64,000 nucleotides of DNA, taken from positions 182,032,001 through 182,096,000 of the forward strand of contig OZ024742.1 of the NCBI GenBank assembly GCA_964016885.1, given 5' to 3'. Position 1 is the stretch's first letter. Every line of letters begins with the position of its first letter. Shown one piece after another: positions 14,051 to 27,398 of this stretch. The position numbers were made by a program, and so were the translations under genes. A model generated the notes under the pieces. That model worked only from the letters and a program-made list of their open reading frames with translations, made no database searches and was not told where the DNA came from. The DNA comes from Eledone cirrhosa (taxonomy: Eukaryota).

Positions 14051-14144
14051 ACCCCTTGAGAAGATCGGCTATTTAAATACCAGGATAAATTTTCATTTAG
14101 TCCAGAATTAGCCGTCGAAACGGCTTGAGCTCAGCTGTCGGGGT
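14051..14144 (+). ncRNA. Type I hammerhead ribozyme with U3-A8 core variant (family A)
   Basis: Stem I ACCCC/GGGGT; core TTGAGAA (14056-62); stem II GA(T)CGGCTA/TAGCCGTC; GAAA 14117-20; stem III ACGGC..TGAGCTCA..GCTGT; cleavage triplet GTC 14137-39. Confidence 0.78.
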
Positions 14145-14235
14145 CTTACTGGTTCCTATTACCCACTCTACTACCTCAAGTATTGAGTACTTTGGTGCGT
14201 TATGGTCCACCTGGTTCCTTACCACATTTCCTTCG

Positions 14236-14281
<46 letters not shown>

Positions 14282-14411
14282 ATTTATATATATCGACAGT
14301 CGATCGACGTTCGTCAAATTGGACCGAGGAAACAATGCTTCTATTGGTCGCAACGCCAGGTAGGAGCATATCGTGAAATAAATGCTCTCCCTCTCCCTCT
14401 CTCTCTATATT

Positions 14412-14442
<31 letters not shown>

Positions 14443-14445
14443 GAA

Positions 14446-15388
14446 ATATGAAATATAAGAATCAAAGAACTGTTCAAAACATTATTGTGCTTACAGCTGT
14501 TTCCTCCAAACCGAGGTTTGGATTCTTCGGAGCAATTTATTAATGCATGGACAGTTATATGACCTCCTTTTCAGCCGAGAGACATACCGATACATATTCA
14601 AACATTGATACATATTCAAACATTGTGGGTCAACATTCATTACAGAATTTAGAGTGGCAGTACACACTTCGAGATTACATTTATATTAAGAGGTACAATC
14701 AAAAATCAAAATACAGGTTAAAATACAACATGAAGATAAGCGGTTATATAGTGCAAATTTTATATGTGTGGCACGCATGTGCGTCTTGTTTATATAGTGT
14801 GGCAGAGAGATATGTGTGGTAGAGGCACTTAGGTAGGTAAACAAGAGTGCCTCTACCACACATATCTCTCTGCCACACTATATAAACAAGACGCACATGC
14901 GTGCCACACATATAACATTTGCACTATATAACCGCTTATCTTCATGTTGTATTTTAACCTGTATTTTGATTTTTGATTGTACCTCTTAATATAAATGTAA
15001 TCTCGAAGTGTGTACTGCCACTCTAAATTCTGTAATGAATGTTGACCCACAATGTTTGAATATGTATCAATGTTTGAATATGTATCGGTATGTCTCTCGG
15101 CTGAAAAGGAGGTCATATAACTGTCCATGCATTAATAAATTGCTCCGAAGAATCCAAACCTCGGTTTGGAGGAAACAGCTGTAAGCACAATAATGTTTTG
15201 AACAGTTCTTTGATTCTTATATTTCATATAACTGCTCTGTAAATCATCTGATGTTTTTACATTGAGCTACTTAACTTACTGGTAATAAGGTAGTAATACA
15301 TTACTGCCTACCACTATTTAGGGTGTGTGTAAAATACTTATAACTGCATAAGGTTTTGTATTTACATAACCATAAATAGTATAACTAA

Positions 15389-15392
<4 letters not shown>
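14446..15392 (+). mobile_element. Family B PLE-type terminus with 384-bp inverted duplication
   Basis: 14446-14829 is the reverse complement of 14846-15229 (16-nt spacer, about 1 mismatch). The right arm continues to (TA)n near 15392. Confidence 0.8.
15141..15187 (+). ncRNA. Minimal type I HHR (CCGAAGA core); mirror copy at 14488-14534 (-)
   Basis: tgct CCGAAGA a tccaaacc tc ggtttgga g GAAA c agct g TA agca. Confidence 0.78.
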
Positions 15393-15464
<72 letters not shown>

Positions 15465-18430
15465 ATAATTATATACAATTGAATATATGAGAGGGATGAA
15501 CACCGATACAAGTATTCATGTGTTCGAATTGCAAATGACCAAGTTAGCTAGGTTGAAAAAATACTAATTTAAAACAATATGGTTTGCCTGTCTTGATTTA
15601 AAGTAATAAATCAATAAAAATAACAAACCTATATCGGGCAACTGCCGTATGACACCCGGACAGATCTAAATCTGCTTCGCAACAATTATAAGTGAAAGAC
15701 ACTATTCCTTTATAAAAGCTAACGCAATATTGTTAAACCTTCATCTGATACTTTTGTGGGAGTCTCTCTCTCTCTGAATATCTAACACTTTAATTGTATA
15801 TCTCGCTGTATAACGGCCTATCTCTATCTTTTTGCCCCCTCCCTATGTGTCTGTCTTTCTCTTTAGATATGTGTGTATGTATTTATGTGTGTGTGTGTGC
15901 AGTTTTCGTCTGATTCAAGCAACCAATAAACATCTTTCTTTTATATTATATATAGATAATCTGCATGTGCCGCTCACTGTGCAAGGGTCAGTCCGCCTCG
16001 TGGACCCGGTATTTATTAAATATCATTATTCTTATATATATGTTAAACATTTCTTTTTTGTATAAGGGTCCCTGACCCACCATTTCTCTATAGCTCGTTC
16101 CTCCTCACGTTTTTATATAACCCCATTCTAGTTTTTAATATGTCATGTCATTGTTCGTTGAATGATAATATACTTAATTGGTCTTAGTGACTAAATAATG
16201 AAAATTATTATTGGATTGACAGAATCATTAGTGTTGGATTAAATGTCATTGCTATCCCATTGAGGTCAACTTTGCCTTTTATCCTGCCGTGTACGATAGA
16301 ATAAAGTACCTATCAAGTAGTTTGATTTAACCAGCTTTGCCCTCCCTCCCAAATTTACTGGCCTTGTACCACAATTAGAAACAATTATTATGATTATTAG
16401 AGCAGTGGATTAGCAGTATCGGAGGTTAGCTGTGCTTTTCATCCTACGGGGTCGATAAAATTAAATACCAGTAAGCACTGTGGTTGTTTTAACCGACTTT
16501 GCCACCCACCAGAATTGTTGGCCTTGTGTCTAAATAAAAAACATTATTTTGTTGTTGTTATTATTAGGCTCTTGTTGTTTAGCCCCAGGTTAACCCTGAT
16601 CGAATAGTGCTACGAGTAATGGCATCTTATCCGTGACCATTCCGTCTTTTATTGTGAAAGGTGCATTTAAGAAAATAAAGTGTGTATTGTGGGGGATTTA
16701 GCTACCACTTCTAGTAGATCAGATGCCCAGATATATATTCTACCGTTTTCTCTTTGTTATTACATGTTTTAAAGAGGGCAATGAAGTAAAAAATATCGGT
16801 AGATCAATAGATCTAATGATTTGCGTTGTTTAATTGCAGGCCTTTGAGTTCTACACTCAATTCACACCGAGGTCGACTTTGTCGTTCCTACATAAATAAT
16901 GTATCTCTCAAGTAATGAATCTCTCAAATACTAGAATCGATCTAACCATGTCTCTCTTCTTTTAATAATATTTATAAGTTTCCAATATATGTATGGACCG
17001 GTAACTCCTAATGGAGTCGTAGGAGCACTTTAAACCTGGCAGAGCCCATCCCCTTCCCAGATCTGAACAGAGACGATTTCTTTCAGAGAAAGAGAAACAT
17101 AGAGCGTGTGTGTCTATGAGAGAGAGAGAGGGGGGGAGGAAGTAATATAGAGAAAGAATCGACACCAGTATTTCATTGATACATTTTTATCGAAAGGATA
17201 AAATATGCAAAGTTGACCTCAGCGGGATTTAAAATCGGAGAGAGCAGAGAGCATGAACGAGTCGCGTAAAACATTTTACCCGAGGCTTTAACGGCTCTGC
17301 TACTTCACTTCCTATTTTCATAGTAATAGCAATTATTAATTCTGAGGTATTAAATATTTCAAGAGGTATTGCTGAAAACTGGCTCTTTGAATTTATATTT
17401 GCCATACATACATATAATATGCTTAATATGTTTCCCTGTAAGTTCAACCAGGGCTGCTTAAGGTAAAAACAACGGTTATCTCTGTTTCAATTATTTGTTT
17501 TTAGCTCTTTTGATGCAAACCCACATGAGACCGCCTTTGGTTCAATGGTTCAAAATTGTCTAGCTTATAGTATTTATATTTAAATCTAAACCTTTTATCA
17601 TAATTGTACGAAATAATCTGATTTTGAGTTATGTTCTAAACGCTAGTGGGGAATTTAGTTATTTTATTAAGACACTCAACATAATTTTAATATTTCAAAA
17701 AAATAATTGAAATACATATACAGAGTATTTCATAGAAATATAGTCACAAAAGGGTTAAAAGAGTATAAAGAATACATTGCAAATGAGAGATTGCAAACGA
17801 CAAACATGTCGGCTACGCTGTAGAAGGTAGAATCGATAGTTCTAAGCACAGACAGTTTCATATATATATTTTCAATCCAACTATTTATATATCTCTTTAT
17901 TTATTTTGATTCGGGAGTGATGGTGGGTTTGGGGAAGGCAGACTGTGCGTGTATGTGTGTATGTGTGTGTGGTTGGAGTGAAGGTTTGGAATGTTGTGTC
18001 TGTGTAGCTGTTTAGAAAATAATAATAATATTAATAAAAAGAAATCGTTTTCCTTGTACGACTCGTTCCGGCTATCTTATTCATTACCATTCCTTCCGGA
18101 TGCCAGCGACGATAGTAGCGCCACCTTGACAGTAGTAGTGGCAGTATATTCTTACCAGGAACTCCACATAGTGGGAAGGTGAAGATATTTCAGAGATGGA
18201 AAACGCAGTAAAAGGCAGAAAGAAAATTATCTTCCTTCAAGACAACGGTTTTCTTAAGACCGTAGTTTGATGTGTGTGTATGTGTGTGTGTGCGTGTGTG
18301 TGTATGTGAGTGTGTGTGTGTATGTGAGTGTGTGTGTGTGTGTGGTTAAGTGCATTCTGAAACAAAACTAGTCACAGTTGCAAATCGAGGCGGAGGAATA
18401 TAGATTGAGAACAATGCACACACACGCACA

Positions 18431-18542
<112 letters not shown>

Positions 18543-18647
18543 CACATACACACACACACACACACATACACACACACACACACGGAGACATACACACACA
18601 CAGACATACACACACTCACAACACACGCTCACACACATACCCACCCC

Positions 18648-18690
<43 letters not shown>

Positions 18691-18693
<3 letters not shown>

Positions 18694-18840
18694 AGAAAGT
18701 ATGATCCCGGCGGCAGAGCTCAAGCCGTTTCGACGGCTATTTCTGGACTATGCCGTCGGGCTCATACTTTTTACTACTCCAAGTATTGAGTACTTTGGTG
18801 CGTTATGGTCCATCTGGTTCCTTACCACAACTCCTTCGTT
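18691..18840 (+). mobile_element. Short family A terminus with 5' inversion
   Basis: Inverted GAGCTCAAGCCGTTTCGACGGCTA segment joined to the direct 3' end ...CCTTCGT-(TA)n. Confidence 0.85.
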
Positions 18841-19212
18841 ATATATATATATATATATATATATACACTCATGTCTGCACAGGTACAAGCAAACACACAC
18901 ATATGCACACAGACACGCGAACACAAACACACACAACTCATTCAACCACACACAACGTTCTTTTAATTTAGTGGTTTCAATCGATGGAATGCGTCCATAC
19001 TGGTGCATCAGATTCAAAGTTTTAGTTATTCAAGTCAGCCATTGTACTTAATTCAGTCTGCTTTATATTTTATCAATCTTTATTTGTCGAACTGCTACGA
19101 TAGGATGTATCCAGGAGGAGATTTGGAATATGTTTCAGATCAAGAAAAGACAGATATGGTTAAGTGTGCGTATATGTAGAGAGATAAATGGACGCACATT
19201 ATATATATATAT

Positions 19213-19480
19213 AGTGAAAAATGGAACGGGAACAAAAGAGAGAGGCAGCACGAACAAAGGTTTATTAGTTTCACGCTCTGAAGAGTGGGGGGGGGGCGTT
19301 TCGGGCATAAGCCCTTCTTCAGGCGAAAAGTGTGTGGGAAGAGAGTTCCAAGGGTGTGTAGGGGAGTGGGGGAGAGACATTTAGAAAAAAAGGGGGAGAG
19401 AGGAGACGGAGGAAAAACGGTGGAAGGGGTACAAATAAAAATAAATATAAAAAAAATAAAAATAAACATGAAGATAAATA
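19213..19480 (-). mobile_element. PLE-type terminus (family D) with minimal HHR at about 19296-19326; homolog at 23380-23540
   Basis: Reverse complement: gc CTGAAGA agggc ttat gccc GAAA cg. The copy near 23448-23483 reads CTGAATA agggcttatgccc GAAA cGTC. Confidence 0.65.
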
Positions 19481-19481
19481 T

Positions 19482-19532
<51 letters not shown>

Positions 19533-19533
<1 letters not shown>

Positions 19534-19655
19534 ACAAAGAAAGTGTGGTAAGAAACCAGGTGGACCATAACGCACCAGAGTACTCGAAACTTAGGGTAAT
19601 ACTGCTGGGTTAGTTCGGATCTAGCTGTCGAAACGGGGGTCGTGACTCTTTTCCT
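19533..19655 (-). mobile_element. Family A-related subfamily terminus with inversion (also 26832-26968, 31648-31801)
   Basis: GTGGTAAGAAACCAGGTGGACCATAACGCACC joined to inverted TTCGGATCTAGCTGTCGAAACGG. Confidence 0.8.
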
Positions 19656-20012
19656 ATATAAATATATATATATATATACACACATATATATACACACATA
19701 AATATACACACACACACATATATATAAATATACATATATGTAAATACACACATATATATAAATAAATATATATATAAATACACATATATTTATAAATAAG
19801 TACATATATATATATATATGTATTTTAATTGTGTCTCATATAAAATAATACAACTGGCTATCCGCAACATACATATAGTTAGCACCCCAAACGTAAAATT
19901 GGGATTATACTAAGGTATATCCTAATGTTTGTTGAGTGAGATAGAAGCCGGTCAGAGTATTGCTTAAAGCTTTCTCTGTTAATGTATTATATATATATAT
20001 ATATATATATAT

Positions 20013-20313
20013 AACGAAGGAAATGTGGTAAGGAACCAGGTGGACCATAACGAACCAAAGTACTCAATACTTAGGGTAGTAGAGTGGGTAATAGGAACGA
20101 GTAGGACCCCGACGGCTGAGCTCAAACCGTTTCGACGGCTAATTCTGGACTAAATATATATATATATATATAACGAAGGAAATGTGGTAAGGAACCAGGT
20201 GGACCATAACGGACCAAAGTACTCAATACTTAGGGTAGTAGAGTGGGTAATAGGAACGAGTAGGACCCCGACGGCTGAGCTCAAACCGTTTCGACGGCTA
20301 ATTCTGGACTAAA
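20013..20313 (-). mobile_element. Two near-identical tandem family A termini (20013-20154, 20172-20313) separated by (TA)n
   Basis: Each matches the reverse complement of about 14095-14236. Confidence 0.9.
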
Positions 20314-20318
20314 TATAT

Positions 20319-20376
<58 letters not shown>

Positions 20377-20694
20377 GGTTATATAAATATAATGTAGTGC
20401 GTGTAAGTGCGCATTCATGCGCGGGTATAAGGTTGTGTATGGGAGCAATTACATATTTGTATGCGTATTATGTGTATACAGGTCTGAATAAAGGTGATTT
20501 CTTCCAGAGAAGGATATAAACAGCGACAGAATGGAAGTGAAAAAGAGATATAGAAATAGAATCGACCCAGTAGTTGACTGGTACGTTTATATCGGCCTCG
20601 ATATAAAGTGTCTTTTTGAAGGACACAACGCTCTTCTCCGCCCACGAACGAACTCACAACCTTACGACTATAACCTCAACACTAAACCACGCAC

Positions 20695-20774
<80 letters not shown>

Positions 20775-20775
<1 letters not shown>

Positions 20776-21263
20776 GATAAATCTACCAAGAGTATACGGT
20801 AGTGTCCAATCCGTATGAAGAACTCAATGTATTCCGGATATCATGGAAAGAAGAGATGTAATGAAAATCCAATTTCGGTGAAAGATAAACGGTATACAGA
20901 GTCAAGATAAAATATTAAACAAATAATGAACAAACAATTCCTTATATTAAACAAAAAAAGTTCACTATTTAACGATCGTTTCTAGGGTATATATGTGTTA
21001 TAATTGGTATGCATATTTAACAGATCTATGTACAAAATTATACAAAATTATACAAATTATATTTCTGAAGACGGCGTATATATGAGTTAGGTATGTATAT
21101 TTAATCTTGATAATTTGTATAATTTTGTATAATTTTGTACATAGATCTGTTAAATATGCATACCAATTATAACACATATATACCCTAGAAACGATCGTTA
21201 AATAGTGAACTTTTTTTGTTTAATATAAGGAATTGTTTGTTCATTATTTGTTTAATATTTTAT
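20775..21263. mobile_element. Family C PLE terminus with 154-bp inverted repeat
   Basis: 20907-21060 is the reverse complement of 21110-21263. Homologous to 42380-42568. Confidence 0.8.
21061..21203 (+). ncRNA. Type I HHR with about 115-nt stem II region
   Basis: attt CTGAAGA cggcgtatatatg...catatataccct a GAAA c gatc g TT aaat. Confidence 0.7.
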
Positions 21264-21284
21264 ATATATATATATATATAAATA

Positions 21285-21332
21285 CAGGGTATGCCCTAAT
21301 AAAAGTGGGTATACATTTTTTGGGACACCCTG
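21285..21332. mobile_element. Tiny Tc1/mariner MITE
   Basis: TA-CAGGGT....ACCCTG-TA with imperfect TIRs of about 20 bp. Confidence 0.6.
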
Positions 21333-21611
21333 TATATATAATATTCATATAGAAACGGCGCGGGTGACTATAATTATAGTCGATCACTATAAATATATGA
21401 ATAATAGATGTAAAAATAATCAGGTAAAGCACCACCCCTGGAAAGGCAACAATTAGAAGTCAATCATTAATTTTTGTTAATTTAATCTATCATTGAATAA
21501 GATTGCCATTCAGTTTTTCGCTCGGTTTTACAGGGTTTGTCATGGATGACTCCAGTGGGGTATTAACTCGAGATCGCTGGCTTCTAATTCTAACCATTAT
21601 TTTACTACTAG

Positions 21612-21800
21612 GGCGGTGGATTGGCAGTATCGGTAGAGGGTCGGGCGCCATGCTTTCCAGCATAGTTACGTCCCTTTATGATCTGAGTTCAAATCCCGCC
21701 GAGGTTGACTTTGCCTTTCATCCTTACGGGGTCGATAAAATAAAGTACCAGTAATGCACTGGATAATTGCTGGCCTTGTGCCTAAAGTAGAAACAATTAT
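21612..21800 (+). mobile_element. SINE, near full length
   Basis: Same family as 8832. Confidence 0.9.
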
Positions 21801-21899
21801 TTTACTACAAGAAAAATGTCCTTCACTACAGGAAGTTACCTCAGACAACTACACTTAATATAACCGCACCGTACCACTAAACCCATAAAGAACCTCACC

Positions 21900-21951
<52 letters not shown>

Positions 21952-22029
21952 TATATTTATATGAAATGATATATATATATATATACGGAGCTCAGCCGTC
22001 TGGGTGGTGACACTTTCCTATATATATAT

Positions 22030-23084
<1,055 letters not shown>

Positions 23085-23102
23085 TATATATATATATATA
23101 TA

Positions 23103-23138
<36 letters not shown>

Positions 23139-23178
23139 TATATATATATATATATATTCATATATATATATATATATA

Positions 23179-23252
<74 letters not shown>

Positions 23253-23318
23253 TATATATATTTAAGTATGTACACACACATATAGATAGATACATATGTG
23301 TGTGTATGTGTAAAAATA

Positions 23319-23351
<33 letters not shown>

Positions 23352-24109
23352 GTATATATATATATATATATTGCAAATTTATACGGGAACAAAACAGAGA
23401 GGCAGACAAATAAAGGTTTATTAGGTTCACGCTTTTGAGAGTGGGGGAGGCGACGTTTCGGGCATAAGCCCTTATTCAGGAGTATATAGGTTAGGAAGAG
23501 AGTTCAGGGGGGGGGGGGGAAATACATTTAGAAAAAAGGGATATATATAAAATACTGGGGTCGATTTATTCGATATTCCCCTCCCCGCAAAATTTCTGGA
23601 CTTTTGCTTATGTGAGAAAAAATTATTACTGTCAAGTTAGTGAAAGCGCCTGACGTGGTTAAAGTTTTGGCCTCATGATCGAAAGGTTACACATTCCCTT
23701 CCCAGACCTGTCGGCGCGTTGTGTCCTCAAGCAAGACACTTCATTTTACGTAGCTGTAGGTCACTCGGCAGGTAAAAATTATTTGTGAACAGTTGTGGTT
23801 AGGCAGGATAGTTGGAGAATCATAAGAAATGGTTATTGATATTTTTTCTGGCCTTTTACGTTCTGCATTCAAATCTCACGTATGTCAGCGTTGCTGTTTA
23901 TCCTTTCTGGCTTGATAAAATAAAGAATCCGTCAAGTACTGGGGTAAATCTATCGACATTCCATTCCCCGAGCCCCGGACATGCGCACGTTCTTATTTTA
24001 AATCGTTCCTGCTGTTGACTTTACATTTCGTTTATGGGCACTAATTTTACATAACTCAATAAAGAAGGAAAGAAGTTGATACACAAATTGAACCAAGAAA
24101 AGTGCTAAT

Positions 24110-24328
24110 AATGGTTTCTTATATAGGCATAAAGCAGCAATTTTGGGGGAGGGTAAAGTCGATTAAATCGACCCCAGTGCGTGACTGGTATTTTATTTCA
24201 TCGACCCCGTAAGGATGAAAGGCAAAGTTAACCTCGGCGGGATTTGAACTCAGATCATAAAGGGACGTAACTCTATGCTGCAAAGCATGGCGTTCGACCC
24301 TCTACCGATACTGCCAATCCACCACCCT
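24110..24328 (-). mobile_element. SINE, near full length
   Basis: Same family as 8832. Confidence 0.88.
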
Positions 24329-25420
24329 ATTGCTAATTCCATTGCTAATAATATCTGGAGGTCCCAAACCTTTACAAAAGAATCACCGATTTAAATCAAA
24401 ATATTATGTTGATGAGAGAAGCAGAATTTGAACTCAGAACTTGGAACAGGTACTGCAAGACATCCGATATTTTCATAATACTTCAGTTCAACGCATCTGG
24501 TCTGATATTCTATTTATTGATCTCAAAATGATGAAAGGCAAATTTGACCTCTGCTGAATTTCAACTCTCAGTGCAGAGTCTCGGAACAAATCTCGAAGTA
24601 CTCATTCAGACGCTCTGACCATTTTTGTCCTGACTTCTGAGGGCGTCCAATCTGTCATTCGACACACCGGGGTTAATATGTCATATGAAGGCATAGATCG
24701 ATAAATAGAAAGCTTCCATCACAAATAAGACAATTAGCTACCCTTGTAAGAATGTCTACCCTCTCCATGACACCGATGTTGTCCAATTGAAAGACAACGG
24801 TTGATATGAAGCTTGACACTAGTATCCTCGTAGACCCTGACATCACAAGAAAAAAACCTGAATAGAAACTAAAGATATCACGTCTGACACATTCACAAAT
24901 AAGCCAGCACACACATCACTGCCCAAATATATACCGAGCCCGAAAGAATGGAAGTCAAAGATGAAAGCAATGACACAATCTAACCGAAATTCATTCTATC
25001 CAGCGCTAACATGACTGAAATTTTACTTGTGTGCGTATATATATATATATTCGGATTATATTACTGTGAGAGCCCTGGTTTTCTGTTGAGCTCTGCTGAT
25101 GATTGAAATTCCAACCGTGACCATCTCCACTGAAAGTTTTCATGAAATAGTCTTTTAAGACTATACAGAGCATTTGATGTTATTCCAAATTGAAGGATAA
25201 GTGTTTCAAACTTTATTTTATCATGAGTTAAAGGTCTATAGATTTTCCCTGGATTTTACTAAATTCTGTGGATGAATTTATATCCTGATTCTCTTTTGAG
25301 ATGAGTTTGAGTTATTTTTCCTAAATCTTTCGTTAACTACTTTTCCCATCTTGACGTTATAGTCGCATATATGTTATAGAATGCCGTTAGCTTCTTGCTA
25401 AAACAATCTCTATACCTCTC

Positions 25421-25463
<43 letters not shown>

Positions 25464-25530
25464 CAAATAACGAAACGAAATTAAATTTCGTTTCGTTTGT
25501 ACCTCACTTTTGTATGACTGACGCTTAAAC

Positions 25531-25866
25531 AATTAAGTTAAAAATGTACATCCACATATGTATACTGAAATACTAGTATGCATATGAATACACACACGTG
25601 TAGGTAAATATTGCTGATGAGATGTAACAACATCGAAACTAGTCCAATATTCCTTGTCTGGCTTTCTGGAGAATAGAGGAAAGGTGTTTCCTCAAAAACC
25701 AGTATGACTCTAAAAACCGGTTTGTCTGTGTGTTTACATACAGAATAGCTGGACACTCACAGTAAAGTGACCAGTGAAAAACTCGGTACATCTACATATG
25801 TACACGTGTGTGTATTCATATGCATACTAGTATTTCAGTATACATATGTGGATGTACATTTTTAAC

Positions 25867-25872
<6 letters not shown>
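25531..25872 (+). mobile_element. Family F PLE-type terminus with about 70-bp inverted ends
   Basis: 25531-25601 is the reverse complement of about 25802-25872. Contains an HHR and is flanked by (TA)n. Confidence 0.75.
25607..25651 (+). ncRNA. Canonical minimal type I hammerhead ribozyme
   Basis: aatattg CTGATGA gatgt aaca acatc GAAA c ta g TC caatatt: 7-bp stem I, 5-bp stem II, palindromic stem III, GUC site. Confidence 0.9.
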
Positions 25873-25897
<25 letters not shown>

Positions 25898-25912
25898 AAT
25901 ATATATATATAA

Positions 25913-26549
25913 TTATTAAATAACAGATTAAAGTTTAAGCAAAGAATCGCTGCTTTCACCCTTAACGGGATCTTCTGAAACTAACAAAGTCAATCTGTAA
26001 ACGCAGAAGTGGATATTTCAAAAAACGTTACAACCGGGGGAAGACAGGAAGACGATACTTTGGTTCGTGGGAACGTTCCCTTCACAAAACATACAGGTAA
26101 TATATACTTACCTATGCAAATAAGTAATGGTATAAACATAACATATACTTAGCTACCACATCAAGACGTAAAATATCTACGTATAGATCGTACTATCCGT
26201 TAGGGTATAATGTGGGGCTGTAATACAGGAAAGTTTTGTGCAATTTATGTTTACAAGCCGAAATTGCCTCAGATTTTTTTTATTAAGATGTGGTCTATGG
26301 CGTAGAGTATTTCCAGGGTCTCAGCGGCGCAGAGGTCACATGGTCTTTTATTTTTGAAATATCCACTTCTGCGTTTACAGATTGACTTTGTTAGTTTCAG
26401 AAGATCCCGTTAAGGGTGAAAGCAGCGATTCTTTGCTTAAACTTTAATCTGTTATTTAATATATATTTGCTCTACGGTTCTTATATATTTGATATATATT
26501 TATCCTTATCGAGCCCTCTTTGGATTTTTGTCTTCAAATTTATTATAAT

Positions 26550-26553
<4 letters not shown>
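25913..26553. mobile_element. Family G terminus pair in inverted orientation; HHRs at 25932-25982 (-) and 26393-26443 (+)
   Basis: About 25913-26025 is the reverse complement of 26351-26460. HHR: agttt CAGAAGA t ccc gttaa ggg t GAAA gca..tgc TT aaact. Confidence 0.75.
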
Positions 26554-26590
<37 letters not shown>

Positions 26591-26648
26591 AAGAATGAAG
26601 AGTAACAGAGTAACATGGTTGGCTGTACAACAAGGGGCCTTATTTCAG

Positions 26649-26760
26649 GTATTGACAATTGTTTCATTGATCAGGTGAGTCTAGAGGCTCACTAATCGCT
26701 TGAAGTTGCGTCACTCGATCTCTATTACATTATTTACCTGTGATCAACACATCAGAATAC
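26649..26760 (-). ncRNA. HHR-like motif with long stem II (family H; A9 substituted)
   Basis: Reverse complement: gtatt CTGATGT gttgatca...tgatcaat GAAA c aatt g TC aatac, inside the (TA)-bounded island 26586-26800. Confidence 0.6.
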
Positions 26761-26790
26761 GAAGATATAAAATTATTCACTCGAGGCAAG

Positions 26791-26835
<45 letters not shown>

Positions 26836-26965
26836 ATGGAGGCGGTAAAAACCAGTTAAATCATTACTCACCAGAATACTCGATAATTGGAGTGGGTAAT
26901 ATGAAAAATTCGTTCGGATCTAGCTGTTGAAACGGCCGGAGCTCATCCGTTGGGGTTCCAAATTG

Positions 26966-27021
<56 letters not shown>

Positions 27022-27024
<3 letters not shown>

Positions 27025-27359
27025 GTAGAATACTGGAAGGTAATATCCATAGTGGTAGAGCACTGACGATGTTGCAGATGTGCAACGAAAGATTTATGAT
27101 AAACTATATATAAGTGTTTGTGTCTATATTGTATCTATATTATTTTTGACCGTCGGTCAGTCAATGGCAGCATTGAGGACCGAGTAGGTTAGATTACCGA
27201 TATAAAAGACAGCGAGAAGCGAAAACCAACCAAACAGTGAGTGTGTTCTGTTATTAATTCTGGCAATATTACACAAATATGACCCTCCCCAAGTATAACA
27301 ATATTTGTTTCGACACACGATTTCATATAAAAAACCTCGCAAAACTAATTCATCGCCGC

Positions 27360-27360
<1 letters not shown>
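27022..27360 (+). mobile_element. PLE terminus related to the 22030 family; HHR-like motif at 27060-27100
   Basis: CTGACGA t gttgca gatg tgcaac GAAA. Shares ATGACCCTCCC..AGTATAACAATAT with 22030-22130, 30733-30845 and 42654-42848. Confidence 0.6.

Positions 27361-27398
<38 letters not shown>

Larger units (their letters stand above)
10903..14236 (+). mobile_element. Penelope-like retroelement (probably Hydra clade), 5'-truncated with inverted 5' pseudo-LTR, inserted in (TA)n
   Basis: 10903-11412 is the reverse complement of 13651-14158. RT+EN ORF lies between them. The 3' end ...CCACATTTCCTTCGT joins (TA)n, and (TA)n also flanks the 5' side. Confidence 0.93.

Noticed and set aside
14097-14477. 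Recurrent peptide [20 protein letters not shown]... / [14 protein letters not shown]... in several ORFs
   Set aside because: Translation of the repeated family A terminus; no evidence of coding.
14547-15128. Two near-identical 91-aa ORFs on opposite strands
   Set aside because: By-product of the 384-bp palindrome; no recognisable protein motif.
19980-20340. Repeat-spacer appearance resembling a CRISPR array
   Set aside because: Tandem PLE termini separated by (TA)n in eukaryotic DNA; no unique spacers or cas genes.
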